A DNA stretch of 63,566 nucleotides, filler included, from Octopus bimaculoides (taxonomy: Eukaryota), in the NCBI RefSeq assembly GCF_001194135.2. It is 6 parts of 6 records of this genome, joined end to end, with 100 filler letters (N's around TTAATTAATTAA, not from the genome) between each part and the next. Parts side by side here need not be neighbours in the genome. Positions count along the whole stretch, not along the records: positions 1 to 27,232 come from NC_068981.1; 5 more parts are not named here. One strand, given 5' to 3'. Positions 1 through 12,712 of this stretch are shown piece by piece. Position 1 is the stretch's first letter, and each line of letters begins with the position of its first letter. Below the pieces are notes generated by a model. The model did not search any database. It was not told the origin of the DNA and was given only the letters and a program-made list of their open reading frames with translations. The translations under genes and the position numbers were made by a program.

Positions 1-164
1 TATATATTATGTGTGTGTATACACACACACACACACACACACAATTTGAGATGCGTGAGCCATCTCAAATAACGAGAAGTAAAATATAAATATTTGGAAA
101 TCATTTATATAAACCTCTTTAAATATTAGATTCGTTCTTATCTGATAATATTGATTTTAAGGCA

Positions 165-325
165 GAATTGGTAGTTCGCCAAGCGAAGTGTTTGGCGATA
201 TTTGGTCCGTCCTTACATTCTGACTTCAATTTCCGCCGAAGCTGACTTTGCCATTCATCCTTTTGGAATCGATAAAATAGATACCAGTTGAACACTGGGG
301 TCGATTTAATCGCCTTAGTTACTCC
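165..325 (+). mobile_element. SINE family B, degenerate copy
   Basis: Matches other in-window B copies: ...ttctgagttcaaattccgccga...ctttgcctttcatcc...tcgataaaata...actggggtcgat. Confidence 0.75.
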
Positions 326-902
326 TTAGAATGAGTATAAAAACGGCATCCCTCTGCCAAGCCATAGGCTCATCAAACCCGTATGATCTCAGGCTCAAAT
401 TCATAGCCTTCACATCAAACCGTGGTTTGGTTAGTGAGAAGATGCTGAGGCCTTTGTTCTGCAGTGGACTGAACATAGTCAATCCAGTCTAAGGTAACAA
501 AAGTTTCTTGTACTATGAGGAAACGAATCCAAGCATTTCGAGCCAAGCCATTTATCAGTGAAGAAGAGTTAATCAAATTGACAAAAGTGTGGTAGACTTA
601 TTACATTTAACCATATTGAATGAATAGATAAAGTAGATTACCACTTTATCGATTATGGGTTCATATTCGATGCAGATGTCTCTATGCTTAACATTTAATT
701 CGGTATGCTTAAATCCATCTAAATGTCGAATATAATTCAATGGAATTGCTGGCCTATTGATAGACAAATTAGATCATAAAGATTCAAAACATTGCATCTG
801 TTTACTGAGTGCACTGTTGTTGTGTGTAAGCTGAATATTTTCGAGAGCTACAGCTGTCATCGATTTACCACTTGATCATTTAACTCTGCGCATAATATTG
901 TT

Positions 903-1085
903 TTCAAATTTTGGCCCAAGGCCAACAATTCCTGGGAAAGGATAAATCAATGTCGATCTCCAGTACTCAACTAGTACTTATTTTAAGTCGACCTCGGTGG
1001 AATTTGAACTCAGAGCGTAAAGACGGACGAAATGCCGCTAAACATTTTGTGCGGCGTGTTACCTATTCTGCCAGCTCACCGCCTT
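903..1085 (-). mobile_element. SINE family B
   Basis: Reverse complement carries the head ggtgagctggcagaat and ctgagttcaaattccaccgaggtcgac, shared with 12478, 17698 and 41548. Confidence 0.85.
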
Positions 1086-1699
1086 AACTCTGAGCATAAT
1101 ATCGTCAGTACTCCATTGTGACATTGACAAATGCTACCCTCTTAGACATGTCTCTTTTCATGCTCCATTTAACCAAAAGATATTTCGAAATCCTCCAAAA
1201 GAATTACTCATACTTGTCCTGTTGCAGTTCAAGCGAAGAACACGGTCAACAATCTTGAATAAAATAACCCAGTCTTACAAAATGAACGGCCATTATCGAG
1301 ACTCACAGCTACTGCAAGGCACAAAGTATTTAAACACTGCATTCTTTTAACTGTGCCAAATGACAATACTTTGATATGAAGATTTTTCACGAACTAACGA
1401 AGGTGCCTCTACAATATTACTCAACCAAAATTCCTTTAAATCACACAATATCATGTTGTGAAAGGAAAGACCCATCATTGAACAATATATTCATAGATAT
1501 ATTGGCTTGCATTATGATGGTATAATAATATACTGAACATTTGATCTTCGGTTTCTTTGATTAGAGCTGGGTTCGTACTAGGCATCAGCATATTGTTATA
1601 TTTGTACCAGGTCACAAATTCGGATGTGGTTGATCGACTGAAGTAGTCCCGTTACTTTATAATATATCGATACTTTAAAGATAAATGACAAATTCGATA

Positions 1700-2060
1700 A
1701 TGGTTGAAAGTTGTTGTTAGAAGTTGTCCGATATCAATGAGTCTCTCCCTATCGAGCCTTTGCTTCTGCCATTGAGAAGTCACAGCTCCGCTACTATGGA
1801 CAAGTGATTAGAATATCGCAGGAAAAATTCGCAAGACAGGCTTTTCAGGCCGAGTCAACTGGCAAGAAACCTAACAGTGAACCAAGAACCAGATGATTGG
1901 ATATCATCCATTGTCTCAATCGGTTACGCTTGGGTGTTCAGCTGGAAAGCATAATGACAGTTGCTTTTGATAGGACCCTATAGAGCATGTGCCTCAGGGA
2001 TTCTCCCAACGATCCTCCTAGAAATAGACGGCGTAGAAAATGAATGAATTGATGGATGGG
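1700..2060 (+). mobile_element. RTE-type LINE 3' remnant (RT C-terminal region)
   Basis: Frameshifted translation ...IEKSQLRYYGQVIRISQEKFARQAFQAESTGKKPNSEPRTR*LD resembles the QLRWxGHVxRM...GxRxRGRPRxRWxD tail of RTE ORFs; ends in a (tgaa/tgga)n tail. Confidence 0.75.
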
Positions 2061-2204
2061 TTTATAAACTAATCTACTTCTTTCAACTAATGGTATATAC
2101 AAACTGAACTTTTCAAAGAATGGTGTTTAAAAGCAACGCATTTTAAGGAATGAAGTGAGTACAAAAGTCAGCTCTCACCTGCGAAACTGTGTAGCTTGGT
2201 AACA

Positions 2205-2500
2205 TGTACCGTCGGTTACGATGACGACGGTTTTAATTGATCCGATCAACAGAACAGCCTGCTCATGAAATTAGCGTGCAAGTGGCTGAGCATTCCACAT
2301 ACATGCGTACCTTTAACGTAGTTCTCAGGGAGAATGTGACAAGGTTGGCTCTTTGAAATACAAGTACTACACGTTTTTACCAGCTGAGTGGACTGGAGCT
2401 ACGTGAAATAAAGTGTCTTGCTCAAGGACACAACGCGTCACCTGTTTTCGAACTCGTACGATCATGAGCTGAATACCTTAACCACTAAACCATCTGCCTT
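2205..2500 (-). mobile_element. SINE family D (tRNA head plus the tail shared with family A)
   Basis: Reverse complement: gtggttaagg...tgtccttgagcaagacactttatttcacgt...ctgagaactacgttaaagg...gatcggatca; similar to 33408-33722. Confidence 0.85.
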
Positions 2501-2629
2501 CACTGATATGTACCATGCTTTCGCTAATTGTTTTAGCTGCCTACATAGTCATGAGTAGGTGTAAATATCCTCTCGTTTCTCCCACCCTGATCCAGCGGCA
2601 CATCTAGGATCTGACAGCTGGGCGGAAAG

Positions 2630-2800
2630 AAAGGTACACCATCACTTGGCTGTTACTCATTTCAGCAGAATAGACAAGAACAACATAAAATGAAATGCCT
2701 TACTCAAGGACTCGACCCACCACCCGGTCCAGAAATCGAACCCACAACATTCTGATCGTGAGCCGAATACCCTAACCACAAGGTCATGCGTCTTCACATG
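2630..2800 (-). mobile_element. Family D-related SINE head fragment
   Basis: Reverse complement has tRNA A/B-box-like gtggttagggtattcggctcacgatc...ggttcgatt. Confidence 0.65.
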
Positions 2801-2915
2801 CAATTTGCGTCAGTTCACTTATTTAGCTGCGCTCTCTCCATCGACGGAGAATCCGAGTGATCCACTCTAGAAGTAAGTAAACAAGCTGTACAATCCAAGC
2901 AATATATTTCAGCGA

Positions 2916-2916
<1 letters not shown>

Positions 2917-2985
<69 letters not shown>
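2917..2985. repeat. (TG)n microsatellite
   Basis: Perfect dinucleotide run. Confidence 0.98.
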
Positions 2986-2987
<2 letters not shown>

Positions 2988-3647
2988 AAATGTCCCTTGT
3001 AACCTTTCTCTTCGACCGTGGAATTTGTGGAAAAAGCAGTAGCGCATCCTGGGCGATGTCACAGGGGGCGATTGCCTCAGTGTAAAATCATGAGGGAAAG
3101 CACGGAGTTTTATCAGTGAACAGGTCGTGATTTCAAAGCGATGAAAATATTTTGACAAATTAAAATTTAAATGTTGAATTGAATCTTTAAATGTTGAATT
3201 GAATCTAACGGTTTTTGTGCGTTTTTAAATGGCTTATAAACACCTTCCACGCTGCAATTGTTAAAATAAATAAAATAGTATTAATAATTAAATAAAAATA
3301 CCACACTCTTCCCCTCCGACATAAAATATTATCTTTGCACCTTGTATTGACAACTCACATTACGTCTCTAGAAATGGAGAAATGCAATCAGGAAAGAAAT
3401 TGACTAACAGTGCAAAGGGACATAACTAGGTTATTGTAACGCATTCTCTCATCACTTAGATTTAAATTTTGCAGGGGGAGTAATTCAATTGGTGATTAAT
3501 AGGGAGTAGTCTTCCTTTACACCTTTCATTTTTGTTTTTGCTGGGTAAGATTATAAAATAACACGGATTTTTAGAGGGAGAGTGAGAGAAAATATGACAA
3601 AAAGAAAGAGAAAGAGAGGAGAGGGAGAAAATTATAATATGTAAGAT

Positions 3648-4020
3648 TGTTGTTGTTGGCACTCCGTCGCTTACGACGTCGAGGGTTCCAGTTGATCCGA
3701 TCAACAGAACAGGCTGCTCGTGAAATTAACGTGCAAGTGGCTGAGCACTCCACAGACACGTGTACCCTTAACGTAGTTCTCGGGGATATTCAGCGTGACA
3801 CAGTGTGACAAGGCTGACCCTTTGAATTACAGGCACAACAGAAACAGGAAGTAAGAGTGAGAGAAAGTTGTGGTGAAAGAGTACAGCAGGGTTCGCCGCC
3901 ATTCCCTGCCGGAGCCTCGTGGAACTTTAGGTGTTTTCGCTCAATAAACACTCAGAACGCCCGGTCTGGGAATCGATGACCGCAAGTCCGCTGCCCTAAC
4001 CACTGGGCCATTGCGCCCCC
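3648..4020 (-). mobile_element. SINE family A, near full length
   Basis: Reverse complement of GGAGGCGCAATGGCCCAGTGGTTAGGGCAGCGG...GATTCCCAGACC head (A box TGGCCCAGTGG, B-box-like) through tail ...gacggagtgccaacaac; highly similar to four other copies. Confidence 0.95.
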
Positions 4021-4239
4021 ACCCACTATGTAAAATAAGCATTTCATTATTTGCAATTTATTCTCATAGGAGAAATTTATGTTTCTCTTGCAAAATTTGT
4101 TAATAAAAATAAATGGGATAATCATGATTGTTTATAAAGTGTCACCTGTTTTCGTCTAGGGGTGATAAGATGGCGTTAGGCAAAACAATAAGAGCTAAGA
4201 GATCTAATTGTTTAAGCACTTTACGTAAAAACTGATGTT

Positions 4240-4293
<54 letters not shown>

Positions 4294-4425
4294 AGCCACT
4301 ACCACCATCACTAGCACCACCACCACCACCACCACTGCAGTAGCTTATGATGCTGCTTTTCTTCCCGCGGCCACAACAAAAACAATTGCGGCTACTGCTA
4401 CTACTGTTGCCGCTGCTGCTGCTGC

Positions 4426-4482
<57 letters not shown>

Positions 4483-4860
4483 CACAACGGACGCTGGTGA
4501 TGTTTGTAGTGGTCGTCGTGGTAGCAGTGCTAGACGTAGTGCTGGCGGTAGAGGTGGCGGCGGCAGCGGCAGCGGCTGCGACAGTGGTGGCGATGGCGGT
4601 AGCGTCGTCGGCGTCGGCGGCGGCGGTGACAGTGGTGATAGATGGTTCCTCTAATGAATGCAACCACCTTGATTATCGCGGATAATGGAAAGAACAACAA
4701 CAACAGCATCACCGCCAACACCGCCGCCGCCGCCACCGCCAGCGCCACTGCCACCTCCAACAACAAGTATGATAAAAATAGGAATAAACACAACGTTAAC
4801 AATGGCAATAACAACAAATCTCAAGACAACAATAAGAGTACAGATCACCTTAACGACACT
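4240..4860. repeat. Compound trinucleotide low-complexity tract (ACT, ACC, AGT, GGC, AAC)
   Basis: Direct reading; explains the poly-T/S/A/V/P ORFs in all frames. Confidence 0.9.
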
Positions 4861-4864
4861 AATA

Positions 4865-5000
4865 GTGTTGGCTAATTAGCAGAATCATTAGAGCGTTAGA
4901 TAGAATGATTTACGAATATTTGTTCCGATCCTCTATACTCTGAGTTCAAATCCCTCCGTGATCAACGCTGCCTTTCAAATTTTCAGGGGTCGATATAAGC
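4865..5000 (+). mobile_element. SINE family B, degenerate
   Basis: gcagaatcattaga...ctgagttcaaatccctccg...gcctttc...caggggtcgat. Confidence 0.7.
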
Positions 5001-5354
5001 AGAAACAACTCACGGTAGTGGTTTTGCGGGATCGTTAGACTCAAACGGTTCTGTCACGGCAAACTTTCTGGTAAAGCGGGCCGCATGAGACATGGCTCAT
5101 CATCAGACAGACCGCACTTTTTAAAAAGTGACTGCAATAAGTCATGCGGCCCGTGAGCCACAAGCTGCCCGTAACTGCGTCAGAGGATCGAGGAAGAAGT
5201 TCGACTTCATGTATTTCGGTCATTGCGTCTTCACCTCAACGAGGTTTATCGGCACAGAATCAGCAGCTTTTTTCCTTTGTTAGGAGAGGGATGGGGTTGA
5301 GGTTTGCATGCGTGGGCAGTGGTCAGTCTTCTTCATAAATATTGTGCGGCTGCA

Positions 5355-5665
5355 CAAACACGAGTGTAGGTATGTCTGTGTGGTTAAGAAGCTCTCTTCG
5401 CAATCATGTAGTCTTGGGTTCAGTCTCACTGCGTGACACATTAGATGTCTGCCACTACAGCTCCGAGCCGACTAATGCCTTGCGAGTAGATTTGGTAGGC
5501 GGAAACTGTGTGGAAGCCCATCGTGTATGTATGTATGTATGTATATATATTATTTTTCCTTTTAAGCCTGGTACCTATTCTATCAGTCTCTATCGCCGAA
5601 CCGCTTGAAAACGGGGACATAAACACACCAACACCGGTTATCAAGCGGCGGTGAGAGTCAAACAC
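5355..5665. mobile_element. SINE family C pieces: head on + (5355-5525), tail on - (5565-5665)
   Basis: Head ctgtgtggttaagaagc...gggttcagtc...gtagacggaaactg; tail reverse complement ttgataaccggtgttggtgtgttt...gaataggtaccaggcttaaaa. Confidence 0.8.
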
Positions 5666-6229
5666 AAATACAAAGACAAAGATACACGTACGCGCGCTCG
5701 CGCGCACACACTGTGTGTGTACGTATGTACGTATGTACGTATATATATATCTACATATATATTCATACGAACACAGGTGGAGGTGCGTGGCTTAGTGGTT
5801 AGAGTGTTGAACTCGTCATCGTAAGACTGTGGTTTCGATTCATGGACGGGATACGTTCTTGAGCAAAACACTCATTTCAAATAGATCGCAGTGTTGGTTG
5901 CTGTTGTACTAAGCACGTCAACCCGAATGGCAAGTCGAGTCGTATGCAAGCGGCCCTTTTCGTCTTGATCTCTTCGAACAAGTCGAGCGGGACACGAAAT
6001 TTTTTTGCTACGAGAGTTCCGGACCCTAGTTATGAACTTATTTGCATATAGCCAATAAGAGCTCAACTATCAAACTAATTTATGAGCGCATAACAAGTGA
6101 TGGGCGATAAAATAATGTCACTTGGGTAAGGAATGACCATGCCTCTTTTCTCTTAGCATATCACCCTCTACCCACATTTTCCCCATCCACATCTTTTCCA
6201 TATGGGGCCTTAACAAAATCCGATAATAG

Positions 6230-6525
6230 GCATAGATGCAAATCTATCTAATTATTTGTCTCCTTCTAAAATGAGGCGTAACTTGGCGATCGGTCGACTT
6301 ACAGCACTGTTCTTGGTAGAGAGTGTTTTTAACTTGACAGCAAGATCAAAGTGAGCTCTGATTGGCTGTATGCAAATGAGTTCATTGCTCGGTTCCAGAA
6401 CTCAACGTAGGAAAAACATTTCGCGGGCGGGACTTCGACGACAAGGCCGGCGTCCTAGAATGGCAATTCCGCCGGCAACGAGCGAATGGCGACCGCCGAG
6501 CTAAGGCGTTTCCGTCCAGGTGTGG
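6230..6525. promoter_or_regulatory. Candidate cis-regulatory cluster (2 octamers, reverse CCAAT, GC box, CpG-rich stretch)
   Basis: ATGCAAAT at 6236-6243 and 6370-6377, ATTGG at 6361, GGGCGGG at 6425, CpG-dense 6420-6520 in a CpG-poor background. Confidence 0.3.
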
Positions 6526-6529
6526 AATA

Positions 6530-7799
6530 TAGGGTGTGAAGGGCATTTGAGGACAGTTTTGGTATACAGCAAAACAACCATATTTCAAAGTAAATAAATA
6601 TGTATTTGAATAAACATTTACGCAATTAGTTTTGATAATGATTTTTCAAGCAAATTATTCTATAAAACCGCCTTCGGCTCCGATGACTCCTTCAATGCAG
6701 GGCCGAAATCGCTGGCATGCTGTCACTCTATGGTCCTTATTCATTTCGGACATCACCTGGACAATGGCAGCCTTCAGTGAAGCTATGGTATTATGAGGAT
6801 GACGATTAGTCTCCCTTCCAACCGTACTCCACACGTAGGAGTCCACAGGGTTCAAATCTGGTGAGTTTGGAGGCCACATATTGGGTGTTACATAATCGTA
6901 AAGATTGTATGACAACTATTCTTGGGTGACTAGGGCCTTGTGAGAAGGTGCTGAGTCTTGTTGAAACACGTATTGTCTTTCAACGCATACTTCATTAATC
7001 CAGGGCTTGATAACAGTTTCCAGTAGCTCAGTGTATCCAGCAGCATTAATTCTAAGACTCTGTGGGAAAAAAGTGGCGAGGCATCATATGACCCTTCCTA
7101 CTCACCACTCCTAAAACCATCACAGTTGCTGGAAATTTCATGTGCATCACTCTGAGTACTTTAGAAGGATCTGCACATAACCATCTGTCATTTCTTCTGT
7201 TAGACATTTGATCCAGGTCTAGGTTTTTTCGTCAGAGAAAAACCAAAGCATGCCTTGTTCATGAGGGTTTTTCACTTTGTTAAGTAACCATTTTCAACAG
7301 AAGAGACAGTTTCCTGTGTCTTTGCAGACACGAATTAGCCTTTCTTCATTACATAGGACTTGTATCAAATGTCACGATTTACCACAGTTCTGATAGTCCA
7401 CTCTGATACCTGAAGTTCTTTAGGAATGGACCACAATGATCTTCTGGAGTTTACATCGATAATGTTTTGAACATGTTGTATAAATTCCGGTGTCATCTTA
7501 GTGTCTGAGCGTTGTAAATGTTTTCTATTTTTCTCTCTGATACAGGTGAAATATTACCGTCACATGCCTCCAATTCCAACCGAACTTTGTGTACAAATGA
7601 TCTTACAATATTTAGAAAGCTGCTAATTCCTAAATCACTGGTTTGCATATATAGCAAATATGACTGCATGTCTTTTCATTTCTTGAGTTAGTATGACATC
7701 TTGAAAGGGTTATCTGAACAATAAAAAAATGATACACTAAATAATTTCAAGGTATAATGAACTAAAAACGAAATGTCCTGAATTATCCCTCGCACCCTG
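6530..7799 (-). mobile_element. Tc1/mariner maT-family (DD37D) DNA transposon, full span, inactivated
   Basis: Imperfect TIRs (TAGGGTGTGAAGGGCATTTGAGGACA vs reverse complement CAGGGTGCGAGGGATAATTCAGGACA) flanked by TA (6528-29, 7800-01). Transposase YVFQQDSAPSHKALVTQE*LSYNLYDYVTPNMWPPNSPDLNPVDSYVW has 37 residues between the 2nd and 3rd D and an in-frame stop. Confidence 0.92.
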
Positions 7800-7865
7800 T
7801 AAATACGCCACTGAAACCGGGAAACTGGCCCTTATGAGTCAGCATTACTTGAGAAGATAACTTTA
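7800..7865 (+). mobile_element. SINE family E tail, split by the maT insertion (left part ~6500-6529)
   Basis: Joined flanks cgtccaggtgtggaata+tacgccactgaaaccgggaaactggcccttatgag match 41450-41520. Confidence 0.75.
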
Positions 7866-8079
7866 CCTTTACCATATACATACACGGTAAGTACTGTCTC
7901 GAGTCCTGCGACTTACAGAACCGTTCAGGTTAATATGGCTTATAAGTGATCGAGATCATTACAGGCTCCCGAAACGGGCAAGGTTGCTCATTTACAGCCG
8001 AGTGGATTTGAGCAGCGTGAAGCCCGGCCCAGGAATCGAAACCACAAAATTGCGATCGTAAGTACAACACCCTAATCAC

Positions 8080-8750
<671 letters not shown>

Positions 8751-9379
8751 CGTTCGTATACAAGCTCGGACTTATGTATATATTTATGTACGACTGCGTA
8801 ATTAAGGTAAATAGATAAATACAAACAACAATTCCGATTTCAATATAATCTTTCAATTTCATGAGACACTGCTTAAAATAAAGGAAAACACATATAACAT
8901 CTCGACTTCTTTTATAAGGTTTTGATAATTATTTTCAAATTGTATGGTCTCTCTTGAGCACTAAAATCTATACCTGATATATATGTGTATGTGTGTGTTT
9001 GTATACAAATACATACATACCTATACATACATCTCTTCTATCTTTTCCCTTTTCAAAAAATGTGTTTCTCCCAGCGTTCATTATTTCCCTCTCGTTTTGG
9101 TCTAAGGACCCTCCATGTTTGTTTTCGTTCGGTTTCCTTGTATGTCCCCACTGTCATTGTTTTGTTCCCAACTCTGACCCTCCAAAAATCCTAAATTTTA
9201 TTTTGGAATTTTAGGCAGCAACTGTCTTTGAAGACTCAAATTGTCGCTGAATGCTCGAAATGAGGAGTAGATAGACAGCCGACATCTGATGAAGGTGCTT
9301 TCTTTGTGTTTACTTGTCCTGTTTTCCATTTTATATTTCTCATTGTTTACGTATTTCACTCGTTTTTCTCTCTTCTGTT

Positions 9380-9560
9380 TATGTATCTCATGTTATTTGC
9401 ACCGTTCGTGGCGTCCACCACCCATATGTCTATATATATATAACAATATATACTATTTATATTGTTACATCTAGCATATTGGATGTCCACTTAGTGGTCA
9501 TCCCCGTCCCTTTTTTATATCACCTAACTGTCTGGATGTTTTGCGTTCTTGTCTCTACAT

Positions 9561-9628
<68 letters not shown>

Positions 9629-10600
9629 AACTTACTTGGAAAAGGATGCGTGGCGTTCGATCATATAATAATATAAACATTATGTAAATATAATAATATA
9701 TAAGTATATAAATATAATAATATATAAATGNNNNNNNNNNNNNNNNNNNNNNNNNNNNNNNNNNNNNNNNNNNNNNNNNNNNNNNNNNNNNNNNNNNNNN
9801 NNNNNNNNNNNNNNNNNNNNNNNNNNNNNNNNNNNNNNNNNNNNNNNNNNNNNNNNNNNNNNNNNNNNNNNNNNNNNNNNNNNNNNNNNNNNNNNNNNNN
9901 NNNNNNNNNNNNNNNNNNNNNNNNNNNNNNNNNNNNNNNNNNNNNNNNNNNNNNNNNNNNNNNNNNNNNNNNNNNNNNNNNNNNNNNNNNNNNNNNNNNN
10001 NNNNNNNNNNNNNNNNNNNNNNNNNNNNNNNNNNNNNNNNNNNNNNNNNNNNTATATACATATATATATATATAGTGGCGTACGTGCACTTTGGTCTCTT
10101 ATATGTAAGTATATATTTATCTAAATCTTGTACGACTCTATTCTTTCTTTCAATCAGCCCTTTCACGCTTATTCGTTCATTCCTCTCTTCGTTCTTTCGT
10201 TTCCCCTCTCTCACATTTCCATGCCTTCTCTTCTTGTTCACTTTCCCTCCTCTTTTCATTTCTCTGTGTCTCTGTCATTTTTTCTCGCCCCTCGTTAATT
10301 CTTCTGTTCCTCTACCACCTCTCTCATTTCTCTCCCACACGTGACCGTTGTTCGGCCAAGCCTGATGTTTCTTTCTTGGTTCGGCCGTCATTCGTGCAAC
10401 ATCTATATTCCTCCCTGTGCCTGTGAAACCTTGTATCCCTGCCGTAAGGCTTTATTTCCACACACGCCAGCTTATATTAATTCGTCCTTAGTCGAAAGAT
10501 ACCTGTTGTTATGTCCTGCTATTTGTATTTGCGTAACATTTTCCGTTTTTTTCCGTCCTTGTTTTCGTATACATTCGCTGCTTTCTTCCAATGAATCTAA
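9380..10600 (+). mobile_element. Dispersed pyrimidine-rich repeat (possibly the UTR/terminal repeat of a Penelope-like element), interrupted by (GATA)n and an N gap
   Basis: Segments 9500-9555, 10073-10105 and 10125-10262 recur at 58790-59085; the PLE class is inference only. Confidence 0.45.
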
Positions 10601-10604
10601 TGCG

Positions 10605-10737
10605 CTTAGCTTAGTTCCGGGTTCAATCCTACTGTCAGACACCTTGGGCGAGTGTCTTCTATTATAGTTTCGAGTCAATCAAAACCTTGTGAGTGATTTA
10701 GTGGACGGAACCCGAAAGAAGCCCGTCGTGTATGTAA

Positions 10738-10768
<31 letters not shown>

Positions 10769-11010
10769 TGTATGTATGTATGTATGTCTTTGCCTTTGCT
10801 TTCCATCACAGCTTGACAACCAGTGTTGGTTTGTTTATGTGCTCGTTCGTAACCTAACAGAACGGTATAAGAAACCGATTGAATAAGTACCAGGCATTAA
10901 AAATAGGTACTGGGTCGATTCGTTCGGCTAAAATCCTTCAAGGCTGTTGCCCAGTATATCCGCAGTAAAATGGCCGCAGTCAAATAGCTGAAGCAAGTCA
11001 AAGAGAAAAA
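10605..11010 (+). mobile_element. SINE family C, near full length with internal (TATG)n
   Basis: ccgggttcaatcctactg...gacggaacccgaaagaagcccgtcg-(tatg)n-gcttgacaaccagtgttgg...gggtcgattcgttcggctaaa. Confidence 0.9.
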
Positions 11011-12174
11011 GCTTAATCTTTGCAGTCTGAAAGGCACTAAAAAGATTAAAGGCATTTATCGACCCTTTCGAGTATATGCTGGTTTTANNNNNNNNNNNNN
11101 NNNNNNNNNNNNNNNNNNNNNNNNNNNNNNNNNNNNNNNNNNNNNNNNNNNNNNNNNNNNNNNNNNNNNNNNNNNNNNNNNNNNNNNNNNNNNNNNNNNN
11201 NNNNNNNNNNNNNNNNNNNNNNNNNNNNNNNNNNNNNNNNNNNNNNNNNNNNNNNNNNNNNNNNNNNNNNNNNNNNNNNNNNNNNNNNNNNNNNNNNNNN
11301 NNNNNNNNNNNNNNNNNNNNNNNNNNNNNNNNNNNNNNNNNNNNNNNNNNNNNNNNNNNNNNNNNNNNNNNNNNNNNNNNNNNNNNNNNNNNNNNNNNNN
11401 NNNNNNNNNNNNNNNNNNNNNNNNNNNNNNNNNNNNNNNNNNNNNNNNNNNNNNNNNNNNNNNNNNNNNNNNNNNNNNNNNNNNNNNNNNNNNNNNNNNN
11501 NNNNNNNNNNNNNNNNNNNNNNNNNNNNNNNNNNNNNNNNNNNNNNNNNNNNNNNNNNNNNNNNNNNNNNNNNNNNNNNNNNNNNNNNNNNNNNNNNNNN
11601 NNNNNNNNNNNNNNNNNNNNNNNNNNNNNNNNNNNNNNNNNNNNNNNNNNNNNNNNNNNNNNNNNNNNNNNNNNNNNNNNNNNNNNNNNNNNNNNNNNNN
11701 NNNNNNNNNNNNNNNNNNNNNNNNNNNNNNNNNNNNNNNNNNNNNNNNNNNNNNNNNNNNNNNNNNNNNNNNNNNNNNNNNNNNNNNNNNNNNNNNNNNN
11801 NNNNNNNNNNNNNNNNNNNNNNNNNNNNNNNNNNNNNNNNNNNNNNNNNNNNNNNNNNNNNNNNNNNNNNNNNNNNNNNNNNNNNNNNNNNNNNNNNNNN
11901 NNNNNNNNNNNNNNNNNNNNNNNNNNNNNNACAAAAGAAATGAGTGAATGAATTTTATGTTACTCGTTACTCAAAAGCTACGACTTTAAAATCTGAAGTC
12001 TACAAATAATTTTTCATTTACAATGAATCGCTTGAATATAATTCTAAGCGTGCGCGAGCGGATTTTGACAAAGCAATTTGTCGACATTTACATTCCTTCC
12101 GATCAGGAAATTAGGGGGGAAAGCATCAAGAAAAAGGAATTGTTTATTTTAATTATTTTAATATACTGCGCATA

Positions 12175-12420
12175 TGGTGGCGAGCTTGTAGAATCGTTAG
12201 GATGTATATTTATGTGTGTGTCTTATTCTCTGTGTTTGTCTCGACTCACCTCCGGTTGACAACCGGTGATGCCGTGTTTACGCTCCCGTAACTTAGTGGT
12301 TCGGCAAAAGAGTAACAGGCTTTAAAAATAATTACTGGGGTCGACTTGTTCGACTAAAATCCTTAAAGGTGTTGCCCCAGCACAGCCGCAGTCCAATGAC
12401 TGAAACTGGTAAATGATAGC
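12175..12420 (+). mobile_element. SINE with a B-like head start joined to a family C tail
   Basis: ggtggcgagcttgtagaatcgttag then ggttgacaaccggtgatgccgtgtttacg...ggggtcgacttgttcgactaaa. Confidence 0.7.
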
Positions 12421-12477
12421 ATATACAACATGCATTTCTTTATATATACAAAGACCCGATAAAGTTCAGCTATAAAT

Positions 12478-12655
12478 TGCTTTCAAAATTTGGCACAAGG
12501 CCAGTAAGTTCAGTCGGTGGGGTAAGTCGATTACATCTATGCCGAAAGAATGAATGGCAAAGTCAACGTAATTTAAACTCAGAACTCGAAGACGGACGAA
12601 ATGCCGCTTTGTATTTTGTCCAGCGTGCTAACGATTCTACCAGCTCGCCGCTTTA
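12478..12655 (-). mobile_element. SINE family B
   Basis: Reverse complement: ggcgagctggtagaatcgttagcacgctggac...ttctgagttt. Confidence 0.85.
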
Positions 12656-12712
12656 AAGTTCCGCAACAAATTAATATCAGTTTCTTAATACCAAAGAATG
12701 CTATTTATTTAA

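Noticed and set aside
520-570. Minus-strand CTGATAA...GGCTCGAAATGC hammerhead-like relic
   Set aside because: Core mutated, and stems II and III are not convincingly paired
5030-6030. Possible hAT-type MITE (GCGGGCCGC/GCGGCCCG motifs, end GTTCCGGACCCTAG)
   Set aside because: No matching left TIR or 8-bp TSD found
9285-9330. CTGATGAAGG as a second hammerhead
   Set aside because: No stem II or GAAA follows; other CTGATGA hits I checked (28016; minus strand at 5100, 13705, 15750, 32851, 47355) also fail the topology
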